NCBI GenBank assembly: GCA_016218255.1
Contig: JACREN010000037.1
Location: 1,514-65,513 of the forward strand
DNA: 64,000 nucleotides
DNA from: Candidatus Gottesmanbacteria bacterium
Lineage (GTDB): Bacteria > Patescibacteriota > Microgenomatia > UBA10105 > UBA927
Direction: 5' to 3'
The notes beneath the pieces were generated by a model, which was not told where the DNA came from, made no database searches, and saw only the letters and a list, made by a program, of their open reading frames with translations. The position numbers were made by a program, and so were the translations under genes. Positions 10,523-20,276 of this stretch are shown here, one piece after another. The stretch's first letter is position 1. Every line of letters starts with the position of its first letter.

Positions 10523-11039
10523 CATAAGTCAAATTATCTATGAGGGCACAGGCGTAGCGACATATGTACGTCAAATGGTTCGTGCTTTGGTTGCCGAATC
10601 TACACATGAATATATTCTTTTTGGGTCGTCGCTACGAGGCAGAAGCGTTTTCCGACAGTTTGTTTCGGGTTTGCCCTCCAATGTGAGATTGATTACTATT
10701 CCCATTCCTCCATCTGTTTTGGATTTTTTTTGGAACCGACTCCATATTATACCGGTGGAATGGTTTACCGGGCCTCTGGATGTTTTTTGGAGTAGCGATT
10801 GGACTCAGCCGCCTCTTCATTCTGCGTTGGGAATGACAACGATTCATGATGTAATGGCTTTGTTATATCCAGAATCGTTTACCAGGAGTATCGTTGATGT
10901 ACACAAGCGACGATTACAGCGGGTCGCACGTGAGTGTACAAGAATATTATGTGATTCCGAGGCGACAAAAAATGATGTCATGAGGCTGCTCGGCGTTTCT
11001 GAGAAAAGATTGCGTGTTATTTATCCCGGATACAGTTAG
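10506..11039 (+). pseudogene. orphan GT4 N-terminal (acceptor-binding) domain only; the ORF stops at the interdomain hinge (…VIYPGYS*) — truncated gene or split-GT subunit
   Basis: 178 aa resembling a GT4 N-domain (MKIGIDIS…). It overlaps the galE-like 3' end by 17 nt. A complete GT4 gene starts 10 nt downstream. Confidence 0.4.
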
Positions 11040-11049
11040 CGTTTTTACT

Positions 11050-12177
11050 ATGATTATTGCCATTGATGGTTACGAAGCGAATGTCAAAAACAGGGTTGGT
11101 ATCGGGAGGTATGGGTATGAAATTTTGCGGCATCTGCGCAGTATAATAAACAAATCCGATAATCTGATGGTTCGTGTCTATCTTCCCTCCCACCCACTTG
11201 CGGATATGCCACCAGAGTGTGATTGGTGGCAATACCGAGTGGCTTCTTCAACTCGATTGTGGACGCTTATAGGACTTCCGTGGGCGATCTGGAGAGATAA
11301 GCCGAGGGCCGATGTAATTTTTTCTCCCACGCATTATATCCCTCGATTTATAGGTATTCCAAAAATTATGTCTATTATGGACGTTTCTTACCTTGAGTAT
11401 CCGGGGTTGTTTCGTTTAAAAGATCTATATCAATTAAGACGCTGGACTCAATATGCCGTTGAGCATGCGGTAAAAATACTTACCATTAGTGAGTTCAGTA
11501 AAAATGCTATAATGAAAGCGTATCAAGTGCCTGCTGATCATGTCGATGTAATCTACCCGGGACTCATTATGACAGGTGCCAGATGTCAAATGTCAGATGT
11601 CAGAAGAAAGTATGCGTTGAAAACTCACTATATCCTTTCCGTGGGCACGCTTCAGCCGAGGAAAAATTTTTTTCGTCTTATCGAAGCGTTTTCAGAATTT
11701 GTAAGAGACTCCGCACACAAGGAATACGAATTGATAATTGTGGGTAAGAAGGGTTGGATATATGAGGATATTATTTCGGCTCCTGCGCGCTTCAGTGTTT
11801 CTGACCGCGTCCGGTTTTTAGATTTCGTCCCTGATGAGGATTTGCCAAGTCTGTACCGCGATGCCCGTTGTTTTGCTCTTCCGAGCCTGTATGAAGGATT
11901 TGGCTTGCCTGTATTGGAGGCTATGGCTCAAGGATGTCCTGTAGTGGTCAGTAACGTATCCAGTTTACCAGAGATTGCTGGGAAGGCAGGTATATACGTT
12001 GATCCTAATAGTGTGACTGATATCCTCAGAGGATTGCGTGACGCAACTGACGAGGACACGGCAAAAAAGAAATTGCGGGTGAATTTAGGACTGGCTCAGG
12101 CGAAAAAATTTTCGTGGGATAAGGCCGCAATTGAGACATTGCGCGTCATTGAAGAAGTCGCAAAGGAAAAGATATGA
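11050..12177 (+). CDS. glycosyltransferase family 4
   Basis: Complete GT-B architecture. The C-terminal EGFGLPVLEAMAQGCPVV motif is typical of GT4. Confidence 0.8.
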   Translation: MIIAIDGYEANVKNRVGIGRYGYEILRHLRSIINKSDNLMVRVYLPSHPLADMPPECDWWQYRVASSTRLWTLIGLPWAIWRDKPRADVIFSPTHYIPRFIGIPKIMSIMDVSYLEYPGLFRLKDLYQLRRWTQYAVEHAVKILTISEFSKNAIMKAYQVPADHVDVIYPGLIMTGARCQMSDVRRKYALKTHYILSVGTLQPRKNFFRLIEAFSEFVRDSAHKEYELIIVGKKGWIYEDIISAPARFSVSDRVRFLDFVPDEDLPSLYRDARCFALPSLYEGFGLPVLEAMAQGCPVVVSNVSSLPEIAGKAGIYVDPNSVTDILRGLRDATDEDTAKKKLRVNLGLAQAKKFSWDKAAIETLRVIEEVAKEKI

Positions 12178-12773
12178 GACTCATGATCGATTTTTGGGTG
12201 TATTTAGCTACTCTAACTGGTGTCATTCCTAGTCACTCGGTGCGGCTATTTTTGTACCGTCATCTCTTCAGAATGAAGATTGGTGAAAATACTTCGATTC
12301 ACTGGCTGGCACGTTTCAATAAGCCGTCAGGTATAGAAATTGGACATAATTCGATCATCGGAAATGACGCGTTTCTTGATGGTCGCTTTTCCCGAACATG
12401 GAAAAAAGGAGAACTCCATTTGCTGGGGTACCTGAGGGATTTTTTTTCGCCGGCCGTACGGCCTGTTGTGATCGGAAACAATGTATCTATTGCGGGCGAG
12501 GTGCGCATATATACCATGCAGCATGACATAGATGATCCTGGATTTCGTGAAATCGGAGCACCGGTTGTCATAGATGATTATGTAGTGATCGGGACCAGAG
12601 TGACTGTTCTGCCAGGCGTCCATATAGGCTATGGCGCGGTTGTTGCTTCGGGAGCGGTTGTGACACATGATGTTGAACCCTATAGTCTTGTAGGAGGCGT
12701 GCCGGCCGCGCATATACGATATCGGGCTAAAGATATGCGGTATACGCTAAAGTTTGCCAGAGCGTTCCAATAA
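12174..12773 (+). CDS. hexapeptide-repeat (LbH) sugar O-acetyltransferase
   Basis: Tandem hexapeptide repeats (IGNNVSIAGEV…VIGTRVTVLPGVHIGYGAVVASGAVV). ATGA overlap with the upstream gene. Confidence 0.8.
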   Translation: MRLMIDFWVYLATLTGVIPSHSVRLFLYRHLFRMKIGENTSIHWLARFNKPSGIEIGHNSIIGNDAFLDGRFSRTWKKGELHLLGYLRDFFSPAVRPVVIGNNVSIAGEVRIYTMQHDIDDPGFREIGAPVVIDDYVVIGTRVTVLPGVHIGYGAVVASGAVVTHDVEPYSLVGGVPAAHIRYRAKDMRYTLKFARAFQ

Positions 12774-12778
12774 GCTCC

Positions 12779-13642
12779 ATGGATTTATCCATTATTATTC
12801 CAAATTATAATACCAAGTTGCTGCTTGAGCGGTGTTTACGTTCTATTTTATTATCCTTGGCAGAAGAAGCGATTCAATATGAAGTTATAGTTGTGGATAA
12901 CGCATCAAAAGATGGTTCTTTGGAGTTTGTACGTCATATATATCCTCAGATATCTTTATTGTCCAATAAAACGAATGTAGGCTATGGTAAAGCGAATAAT
13001 CAAGCTATCCGAACGGCGAGAGGTACCTATGTACTCCTGCTAAATTCAGATATTGTGGTTCAGGCTGATGGAATCGGGTCTCTTTACCGATTCATGCTTT
13101 CTTATGCCCGCATATTTGCAGGTGGAAAACTTCACAATGAGGATGGTACTCCTCAGCCATCGTGCGGTCCTTTTTTCTCGCTGCCAGCAGTGCTCCTGAT
13201 GTTGTTTCTCAAGGGTGACTATTGGGGAGCAACGCGTCGATCTCCGAGAAGCATCACTCGTGTGGATTGGGTATCCGGTGCCTGTCTTATGGGAAAGAGA
13301 GAAGCGTTTGAAGATGTTGGACTGTTTGACGAAAAGATTTTTATGTATATGGAAGAAATTGACTTACTGTATCGTGCTAAAAAGAAAGGATACGGCGTGT
13401 TGTTTTGTCCGTATGCAGAATTCATTCATACCGGAGCCGCGAGCAGCGATAACAGACGAAATCCTGTCGTTAATATATATCGAGGCCTTCTATATTTTTA
13501 TGGGAAGCATTATGGCCTCTTTTCGCTATCCGTCCTTCGGATTATACTTAAGCTAAAGGCATATCTTTCTATATGGATCGGCCGTTTTGCCGGCAGGACG
13601 GATATCGTATCTATTTATGAAAAAGCTCTTGCACTGGTCTAA
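12779..13642 (+). CDS. glycosyltransferase family 2 (possible polyprenyl-phosphate sugar synthase, GtrB/ArnC-like)
   Basis: LSIIIPNYNT…VIVVDNASKDGS…NSD is a GT-A DxD-type signature. Confidence 0.8.
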   Translation: MDLSIIIPNYNTKLLLERCLRSILLSLAEEAIQYEVIVVDNASKDGSLEFVRHIYPQISLLSNKTNVGYGKANNQAIRTARGTYVLLLNSDIVVQADGIGSLYRFMLSYARIFAGGKLHNEDGTPQPSCGPFFSLPAVLLMLFLKGDYWGATRRSPRSITRVDWVSGACLMGKREAFEDVGLFDEKIFMYMEEIDLLYRAKKKGYGVLFCPYAEFIHTGAASSDNRRNPVVNIYRGLLYFYGKHYGLFSLSVLRIILKLKAYLSIWIGRFAGRTDIVSIYEKALALV

Positions 13643-16600
13643 ACAAAATTTTTTTTTGTTGAGCGCAATCGTATGTTCGGTATTTATTCCGTTGTATCCG
13701 AAGTTGCCTCTGGTGGATATCAAAAATACCTGGGTGTATATACGGATTGAGGACTTTCTGGTCGTAGGAGTTCTGTTTTTGTTAGTTATCGCCGTCATGC
13801 GCCGGCAGATTTCGTTAAAGACGCCTCTTACTATGCCCATACTCCTTTTTTGGATTGCCGGAGGTATTGCCACAATGCACGGTATATTGCTGGTGTTTCC
13901 ATCACTTCAGGCAGTATATCCGAATGTTGCTTTTTTAAGCTTTTTACGACGGATGGAATATATGAGTTTATTTTTTGTTGGTTATTTTGCGCTAAAAGAA
14001 AAGCGTCATCTTGCTGCTTTAGTTGTTGTATTAGTTGGTACGGTTCTTGCGGTTTCTCTTTATGGCATTGGACAAAAATACCTTGGGTTCCCAGCATTTT
14101 TGACCATGAATGAGGAATATGCAAAGGGTATTCCCATACGGTTATCACAGCTGTCGCGTATATCGTCAACTTTCAGTGGTCACTACGATTTAGCTGCGTA
14201 CCTGGTGCTGGTGTTGCCAGTATTCGTTAGTCTATTGTTTGGATATACGAAGTATTGGCAGCGGGCTGTATTGATTCTCGGTGTGTTGTTAGGGTTCATT
14301 GCTCTTTTCATGACCGTATCCAGAATATCTTTTTTTGCGCTTTTATTAGCATTGGGATTCGTAGTTTTTCTGCACAAAAGAAAGCTTATTCTACTTACGC
14401 TGCCGGTGACGGTTATCTTTGTGCTTCTCTTTGTCAGTATTTCTCCGCGTGTATTTGACCGGTTTGGCAATACAGTGAAAGCTATTGATGTGGTGATAGA
14501 TGCAAAAACCGGGGATCCTATAGGTCATACTAAGACGGTTCCAAATACATATTTCATGACCAAAATCATCAAACAGCAATATGCTCGGACGATAAAAAAT
14601 ATTTATGGATTTGCGAGTCCATCGGCTTCATTTGTTGTTCCATATCTTGTTTTGCCGGAGCAGGTGGTGCTACTGGCAGAGCCCGATGCGCCGACAGGTG
14701 AAGATTTGCCTCAGGGTACGGGATATATAAACTTGTCTCTCGCTCCGGTGATACGGAAGCTCGATAATTTTTTTTATGAGCCGAAGCCTAGAACAGCAAC
14801 AACAGCTGCAGAAGTTTTTATTATCAACGGCGATTTTTTGCTCAAAAAGGTGTTTACGTACGATCTTTCATTCACCACCAGATTTCAGGGTGAATGGCCA
14901 CGCGCAATGGCGGCGTTTACGAGAAATATTTTGGTCGGGAGCGGATATGGATCTGTGGGCCTTGCGGTGGACAATAGTTATCTTCGAATGTTGGCAGAAG
15001 TCGGATCGCTTGGATTTGTGTTTTTTACCGGTATTTTTGTGGCCCTCGGGATGTATATCAAAAAAATATGGCCAGATATAGACTCCGAACAGTCAAAAAG
15101 TTTTATTATCGGGGTAATGGCAGGCCTGGCAGGGATTGGGGTGAATGCATTGTTTATAGATGTATTCGAGGCGTCAAAAGTGGCGTTTATGACATGGCTG
15201 CTAATTGGAATGGCTTTGGGACTCGCTGCATCATATCAACGGAAGGCATTTAATATGCTTAAGGAATTTAAGCGGATCCTTATCTCAATGCCCTCGATAG
15301 CGGTATTTATATTTCTTCTCATAATGTTGTTGTATTCTCCTCTGATGCGTAATAATTTTGTTGGGGATGACTTTACATGGTTCCGGTGGGTCGCAGATTG
15401 TGGTGAGCAGAATATTTCAGGGTCATGCCCGGTCAACATATCGACGGTTGTACGTTTCTTTACTCACTCGGACGGATTTTTTTATAGGCCGGGAACAAAG
15501 ATATATTTTTTAGTTATGTATACGGTTTTTTGGCTTAACCAAAATGCTTATCACGCCGTATCTCTCGCGTTGCACGGGCTCGTGGCTTTGTTGGTATTTA
15601 TTCTGGCAAATAAACTGATGAAGCAGTCATTTATGGCAGCAGCAGCAGGACTCCTGTTTCTTTTTCTCAGTGGATATTCCGAAGCTGTTCACTGGATATC
15701 CGCAACAGGATTTCTATTCAGTGCGGTATTTATTCTTGTAAGCCTTTTGAGCTTTATTAACTGGGTAGAAAAAAAGAAAATGAGATACGGCATTTTCTCA
15801 ATAGGAGCAATATTTTTTGCACTATCGTTTCATGAAGTCGGCGTTGTGACCCCATTTGTGGTTTTGGCATACAGAAGTATATTTTTGCGCGGCTATCCGT
15901 TGTCGAAAATGTTGGTTGATCGAGTAAGCGCTTTTGTATTTTTTCCACTGCCTCTTTATTTTTTGGTCAGATTTGCAGCAGGTAGTCATTGGCTTAGCGG
16001 TGACTATAATTACAACGTGCTTCGATTGCCGTTCAATGTAGTCGGAAACGCTTTTGGTTATTTCTTGCTGACGGTTTTTGGTTCTGTAACGAGTCCGCTA
16101 TATCAACTTATTCGTGGCGGTTTAAGAACCCATATAGGCATTGCGGCCGTGGTAATTCTTTGTATTTTGCTCTTAGCTATTTGGACTATACGGAATAAGT
16201 ACCATATTGTTCAGCAACAGGACCGTTCTCTTATTGGCTTCGGACTGATCTTTTCTTTCCTGACTCTTTTGCCCTTTTTGGGGCTTGGGAATATCTCTTC
16301 TAGATATAGTTATGTGGCTTCGGTAGGTGTTGCATTCACATTGGTTATTTTCATGAAGTATGTTTATATATTATTAAGGGAAAACGGCACTGCCATTGCT
16401 AAAGCAGGTACAGTAGTCATTATTTCTGTCTATATGCTATTTCAGATAATCCAGCAGCAGCAAATAACCGCGGATTGGTACCAAGCAGGTGAAAAAACGC
16501 GAAGATTTATCGTCTCTATGGGTAGTGCGTATGAGGATTCATGGGCAATTGCTCCAGTCGAATTGCATTTTGTAAATGTGCCAATACGGCACGGGGAAGC

Positions 16601-16793
16601 CTGGGTGTTTCCGGTTGGAATGCCTGATGCGGTTTGGCTAATTTATCGTAATCCAAATATTCGGGTATTTTCCTGGGCTACTCTCCCCGAAGCATTTTCC
16701 GTAATTGATGCAGGTGTGAAAACACAAAGGGTTTTTGAATTTGACGCCAGCGGTAAAGTAGTTGAGCGCATAAAGCCACCTGATATTCAATGA
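13617..16793 (+). CDS. fusion membrane protein: N-terminal O-antigen ligase/polymerase-like (Wzy_C-type) domain plus C-terminal GT-C-like (PMT/ArnT-type) polytopic domain
   Basis: The N-terminal half has the Wzy_C periplasmic-loop signature (ILVGSGYGSVGLAVDNSYLRMLAEVGSLG). The C-terminal half opens with a DD motif in its first loop (NNFVGDDFTW) and at least 10 helices. An alternative start lies at 13587. Confidence 0.65.
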   Translation: MKKLLHWSKQNFFLLSAIVCSVFIPLYPKLPLVDIKNTWVYIRIEDFLVVGVLFLLVIAVMRRQISLKTPLTMPILLFWIAGGIATMHGILLVFPSLQAVYPNVAFLSFLRRMEYMSLFFVGYFALKEKRHLAALVVVLVGTVLAVSLYGIGQKYLGFPAFLTMNEEYAKGIPIRLSQLSRISSTFSGHYDLAAYLVLVLPVFVSLLFGYTKYWQRAVLILGVLLGFIALFMTVSRISFFALLLALGFVVFLHKRKLILLTLPVTVIFVLLFVSISPRVFDRFGNTVKAIDVVIDAKTGDPIGHTKTVPNTYFMTKIIKQQYARTIKNIYGFASPSASFVVPYLVLPEQVVLLAEPDAPTGEDLPQGTGYINLSLAPVIRKLDNFFYEPKPRTATTAAEVFIINGDFLLKKVFTYDLSFTTRFQGEWPRAMAAFTRNILVGSGYGSVGLAVDNSYLRMLAEVGSLGFVFFTGIFVALGMYIKKIWPDIDSEQSKSFIIGVMAGLAGIGVNALFIDVFEASKVAFMTWLLIGMALGLAASYQRKAFNMLKEFKRILISMPSIAVFIFLLIMLLYSPLMRNNFVGDDFTWFRWVADCGEQNISGSCPVNISTVVRFFTHSDGFFYRPGTKIYFLVMYTVFWLNQNAYHAVSLALHGLVALLVFILANKLMKQSFMAAAAGLLFLFLSGYSEAVHWISATGFLFSAVFILVSLLSFINWVEKKKMRYGIFSIGAIFFALSFHEVGVVTPFVVLAYRSIFLRGYPLSKMLVDRVSAFVFFPLPLYFLVRFAAGSHWLSGDYNYNVLRLPFNVVGNAFGYFLLTVFGSVTSPLYQLIRGGLRTHIGIAAVVILCILLLAIWTIRNKYHIVQQQDRSLIGFGLIFSFLTLLPFLGLGNISSRYSYVASVGVAFTLVIFMKYVYILLRENGTAIAKAGTVVIISVYMLFQIIQQQQITADWYQAGEKTRRFIVSMGSAYEDSWAIAPVELHFVNVPIRHGEAWVFPVGMPDAVWLIYRNPNIRVFSWATLPEAFSVIDAGVKTQRVFEFDASGKVVERIKPPDIQ

Positions 16794-18226
16794 AAAATCT
16801 AACTCCATTCGCTATAGCGATTGTTATCATGGTTGCTGTCGCGGCTCGTTTCTATCATATAACTGGTTCTGTGGCAGATTGGCACAGCTGGAGACAGGTT
16901 GATACCGCGGCAGTTGCTAGGAATTTTGTAAAGTTCGGTTTTGACCCGTTTCGTCCGAGATTTGATGACTTGTCTAATATTCCTTCGGGAAAAGATAATC
17001 CATCGGGATGGCGCATGGTTGAGTTTCCCTTGTATCAGTCTATGGCATACGGAATATGGCGACTTGCCCCAGGTGTTCCGATGGAAATTATGCTTAGACT
17101 GGTGACGGTTGGCGCTTCCGTGGGTACACTTATAATTCTTTATGTTCTTATGGCAGCAACGGCGGGAAAGCTTGCCGCCTTCTTTGGCGCGTTTTGTTAT
17201 GCGGTATTGCCCTACAGTATCTATTACGGACGAGTAATCCTCCCTGACCCACTTATGGTTTTTTGGGCGGTGTTAAGTGTCTATTTGGTTTTTTTGGCGA
17301 CGGAAAAAAAGAGAGATTGGGGATTCATGTTATGTGCGGGCATTGCTGGAGCGTTTGCCTTGCTTGCTAAGCCTATGGGATTGTTTTTATTATTGCCGAT
17401 TCCCTATCTAATGCTTCGGAGGAACGGTTTTTCTATATATTCATTCATCCGTATGTTAGTTTATTCGCTTATTTGTTTGTTTCCCTTGTTTTGGTGGCGA
17501 CAATGGATTTTACAATATCCCGAAGGAATTGCAGTCTATGGTTGGCTTTTTAACGAGGGGAATATTCGTTTTAAGGGTGCATGGTTTTATTGGTTATTTG
17601 CGAAGCGCGTTGGAGAGCTTATATTGGGATATTGGGGTCTTATTCCTTTCGGAATCGGCATGCTTCTCGTATCATCAAAAAAAGAAGGGTGGTTGTTTCG
17701 TTTGTGGGTGATTGGTGGACTCCTCTATTTTATTGTGATTGCGCGAGGAAACGTGCAGCATGATTATTATCAGATTCTTCTTATCCCCATTATCTGTGTG
17801 TATCTCGGCAAAGGATTCGCTTTTCTTTTTTCCAATGCGGTCTTTTCGAAAGCTGTCAGTTACCAGCTGTCAGCGATTAGTTTTTTGTTATTATTTTCTT
17901 TTTCCTGGTATACCGCGAGAACCTATTATTGGATTAACCGGCCTGAAATCGTTGAAGCCGGAAAAGCTGCAGACAGCCTGTTGCCGGCCGGCGCGAAGGT
18001 AATTGCTTCATATAACGGGGATACCTCATTTCTTTATCAGACTAACCGTCAGGGTTGGCCCTTGGGTTTTGAGATAGATAAAAAAATAGAAGCCGGCGCA
18101 ACTCATTATGTTACGGTGTCTCCAACAGATAACGACGGGGAGACAATGGCCTTGGCCAGTAGATTTACTGTTCTCGTTCGAAACGAACGATACGCGATCA
18201 TCGATTTAACGAAGCCGAAGCGGTAA
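16790..18226 (+). CDS. GT-C fold glycosyltransferase (ArnT/PMT-like, COG1807-type)
   Basis: Polytopic protein. The first loop carries HSWRQVDTAAVARNF. A C-terminal soluble region is present. ATGA overlap with the upstream gene. Confidence 0.65.
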   Translation: MKNLTPFAIAIVIMVAVAARFYHITGSVADWHSWRQVDTAAVARNFVKFGFDPFRPRFDDLSNIPSGKDNPSGWRMVEFPLYQSMAYGIWRLAPGVPMEIMLRLVTVGASVGTLIILYVLMAATAGKLAAFFGAFCYAVLPYSIYYGRVILPDPLMVFWAVLSVYLVFLATEKKRDWGFMLCAGIAGAFALLAKPMGLFLLLPIPYLMLRRNGFSIYSFIRMLVYSLICLFPLFWWRQWILQYPEGIAVYGWLFNEGNIRFKGAWFYWLFAKRVGELILGYWGLIPFGIGMLLVSSKKEGWLFRLWVIGGLLYFIVIARGNVQHDYYQILLIPIICVYLGKGFAFLFSNAVFSKAVSYQLSAISFLLLFSFSWYTARTYYWINRPEIVEAGKAADSLLPAGAKVIASYNGDTSFLYQTNRQGWPLGFEIDKKIEAGATHYVTVSPTDNDGETMALASRFTVLVRNERYAIIDLTKPKR

Positions 18227-18232
18227 GATCTG

Positions 18233-19429
18233 TTGATCATTATGAAAATATTGTTTATTTCCGCTTTGCTGCCGTATCCCCCGTATCAGGGGGGACAGGT
18301 GCGTATATATAATCTGCTCAAATTGTTAAGTAAGAATCATGAGATATCACTATTGTCGTTTATCCGTTCACGACAAGAAAAACAGTATGTTGATAAATTA
18401 AATTTTTGCCGTATAGTGCAAACAGTCATGCGCGGCAATGCGTGGCAGATGAAGTATATTGTATCTGCAGGATTCAGCACGAAACCATTCCTTTATGCCA
18501 CATACGACAATGACGCAATGCGCAAATGCATAGTGCGTGCATTAATGGAAAACGCCTATGATCTTATCCATCTTGAGCCGGGATATGTTTTTCCATCATT
18601 GCCAAAAATTAATATTCCAGTGGTAGTTGCTGAGCACAATATTGAGCACACGATTTACGAAGGATATATCCGGAGATTTCATCCATTTTTTCTTCGGCCG
18701 TTATTGTATTGGGATATATTAAAAATGCAGAGGTGGGAGAAGCGTGCATGGAGACGGGCGCAATCTGTAGTCGCAGTTTCCGAAGATGATGCGTCTTCAA
18801 TCCGAAGCACTGTGCCGGAGACGAATGTATATGTTGTTCCAAACGGTGTCGATGGAGCTCAATTCACATTTCGACCTAAGCGAACGATTGAGAAGCGGCT
18901 CCTCTTTGTTGGGTATTTTGGGTGGATACAAAATACTGACGCATTAGCGTATCTTTTGGATCATATATGGCCTGCGATTATACGTGTTCATCCGGATGCA
19001 ACATTGCGGGTCATTGGTAAAAGGCTTTCTCCTGTATTGCAGGGTAAGATTGCTTCGATTAGCGGATCGTATAAAGATTATACAGAGGATATAGCAAAGG
19101 AATATCATGACGCGGATATATTGTTAGCGCCGGTTCGCATAGGAGGCGGAACGCGGTATAAAATATTGGAGGCTATGGCTTCCGGTTTACCGGTGATAAC
19201 GACGTCAATCGGTGCATCTGGACTTTCTATTGAAGATAAAAAGGAGGTGCTGATTGCTGACACTCCTATCGAGACTGCACATGCATTAACCGAGATCGTT
19301 CTAAACGCTAAGCTCCGGTTGGAGATGATAACCCGAGCCAGGCAAGTCGTAGAAGATCGGTATTCTTGGAGCCGTTTGGCAAAGCTGCTTGAGGGGGTAT
19401 GGAGACATGCAAAAACAAACTCACGTTGA
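18233..19429 (+). CDS. glycosyltransferase family 4
   Basis: GT-B. C-terminal motif RIGGGTRYKILEAMASGLPVITT. Confidence 0.75.
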   Translation: MIIMKILFISALLPYPPYQGGQVRIYNLLKLLSKNHEISLLSFIRSRQEKQYVDKLNFCRIVQTVMRGNAWQMKYIVSAGFSTKPFLYATYDNDAMRKCIVRALMENAYDLIHLEPGYVFPSLPKINIPVVVAEHNIEHTIYEGYIRRFHPFFLRPLLYWDILKMQRWEKRAWRRAQSVVAVSEDDASSIRSTVPETNVYVVPNGVDGAQFTFRPKRTIEKRLLFVGYFGWIQNTDALAYLLDHIWPAIIRVHPDATLRVIGKRLSPVLQGKIASISGSYKDYTEDIAKEYHDADILLAPVRIGGGTRYKILEAMASGLPVITTSIGASGLSIEDKKEVLIADTPIETAHALTEIVLNAKLRLEMITRARQVVEDRYSWSRLAKLLEGVWRHAKTNSR

Positions 19430-20276
19430 TCTTTCTATTATTATTCTTTCATATAACACCATTTCTCTATTGAGGAGGTGTCTTGCTTCTATATTTACGA
19501 GTCAGATGTCAGATGACGCTTGGGAGATTATTGTGGTTGACAATGCATCTATTGACGGTTCTGCCGATATGGTAGCAAGAGATTTTCCTAGTGTACGCGT
19601 AATAAAAAACAGAAAGAATATTGGATTTGCGGCTGGTAACAATATAGGAATACGCAGTTCTCATGGTTCCTATGTTCTGTTGTTAAATTCTGACGCCGAA
19701 GTCCGTCCTGGAACTCTTCGTACTATGTTGGATTTTTTAGTGTCTTACCCTGATGCAGGCGCGGCTACCTGCCGATTGGAGTTGGTAGACGGATCACTAG
19801 ACCCAGCATGTCATAGAGGATTTCCGACGCCTTGGGCGGCGATGACATATTTTTTGGGTTTTGAGAGACTGTTTCCGCGCGTTCCGCTATTCTCTCAATA
19901 CCACGCCTGGTATAAAGATTTATCAAGCGTTCATGAGATAGACAGTCCGAGCGGGGCATTCTTTTTGGTTCGCCGCTCTGTCATTGATGAAGTAGGTCTT
20001 TTGGATGAGGATTTTTTTATGTATGGTGAAGATATTGACTGGGCATACAGAATAAAGGAAGCCGGAAGAAAAATATTGTATAACCCCTCTGTCTCTGCTC
20101 TTCATAGAAAAAAACAGAGTGGACTGGACCAAGCAGATTCCTTACTCCAGAAACAGACAGAAAAACATTTCTATGACACAATGCGATTATTTTATCAAAA
20201 ACACTATGCTCATCGGTATGGTTGGGCTGTTACGGCCCTCGTGTTGTGGGGTATTAAAATTCGATCATTACTATGA
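19389..20276 (+). CDS. glycosyltransferase family 2
   Basis: LSIIILSYNT…IIVVDNASIDGS…NSD. An alternative start lies at 19407. Confidence 0.8.
   Translation: MRGYGDMQKQTHVDLSIIILSYNTISLLRRCLASIFTSQMSDDAWEIIVVDNASIDGSADMVARDFPSVRVIKNRKNIGFAAGNNIGIRSSHGSYVLLLNSDAEVRPGTLRTMLDFLVSYPDAGAATCRLELVDGSLDPACHRGFPTPWAAMTYFLGFERLFPRVPLFSQYHAWYKDLSSVHEIDSPSGAFFLVRRSVIDEVGLLDEDFFMYGEDIDWAYRIKEAGRKILYNPSVSALHRKKQSGLDQADSLLQKQTEKHFYDTMRLFYQKHYAHRYGWAVTALVLWGIKIRSLL

Noticed and set aside
11576-11602. Tandem ATGTCA(R) x3 in one GT4 gene and a shared 13-mer CAGATGTCAGATG also present at 19504-19516 in a GT2 gene
   Set aside because: The repeats are short and in-frame (21 nt). A single 13-mer recurrence in 64 kb is within chance expectation. 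There is no evidence for a mobile or regulatory repeat.
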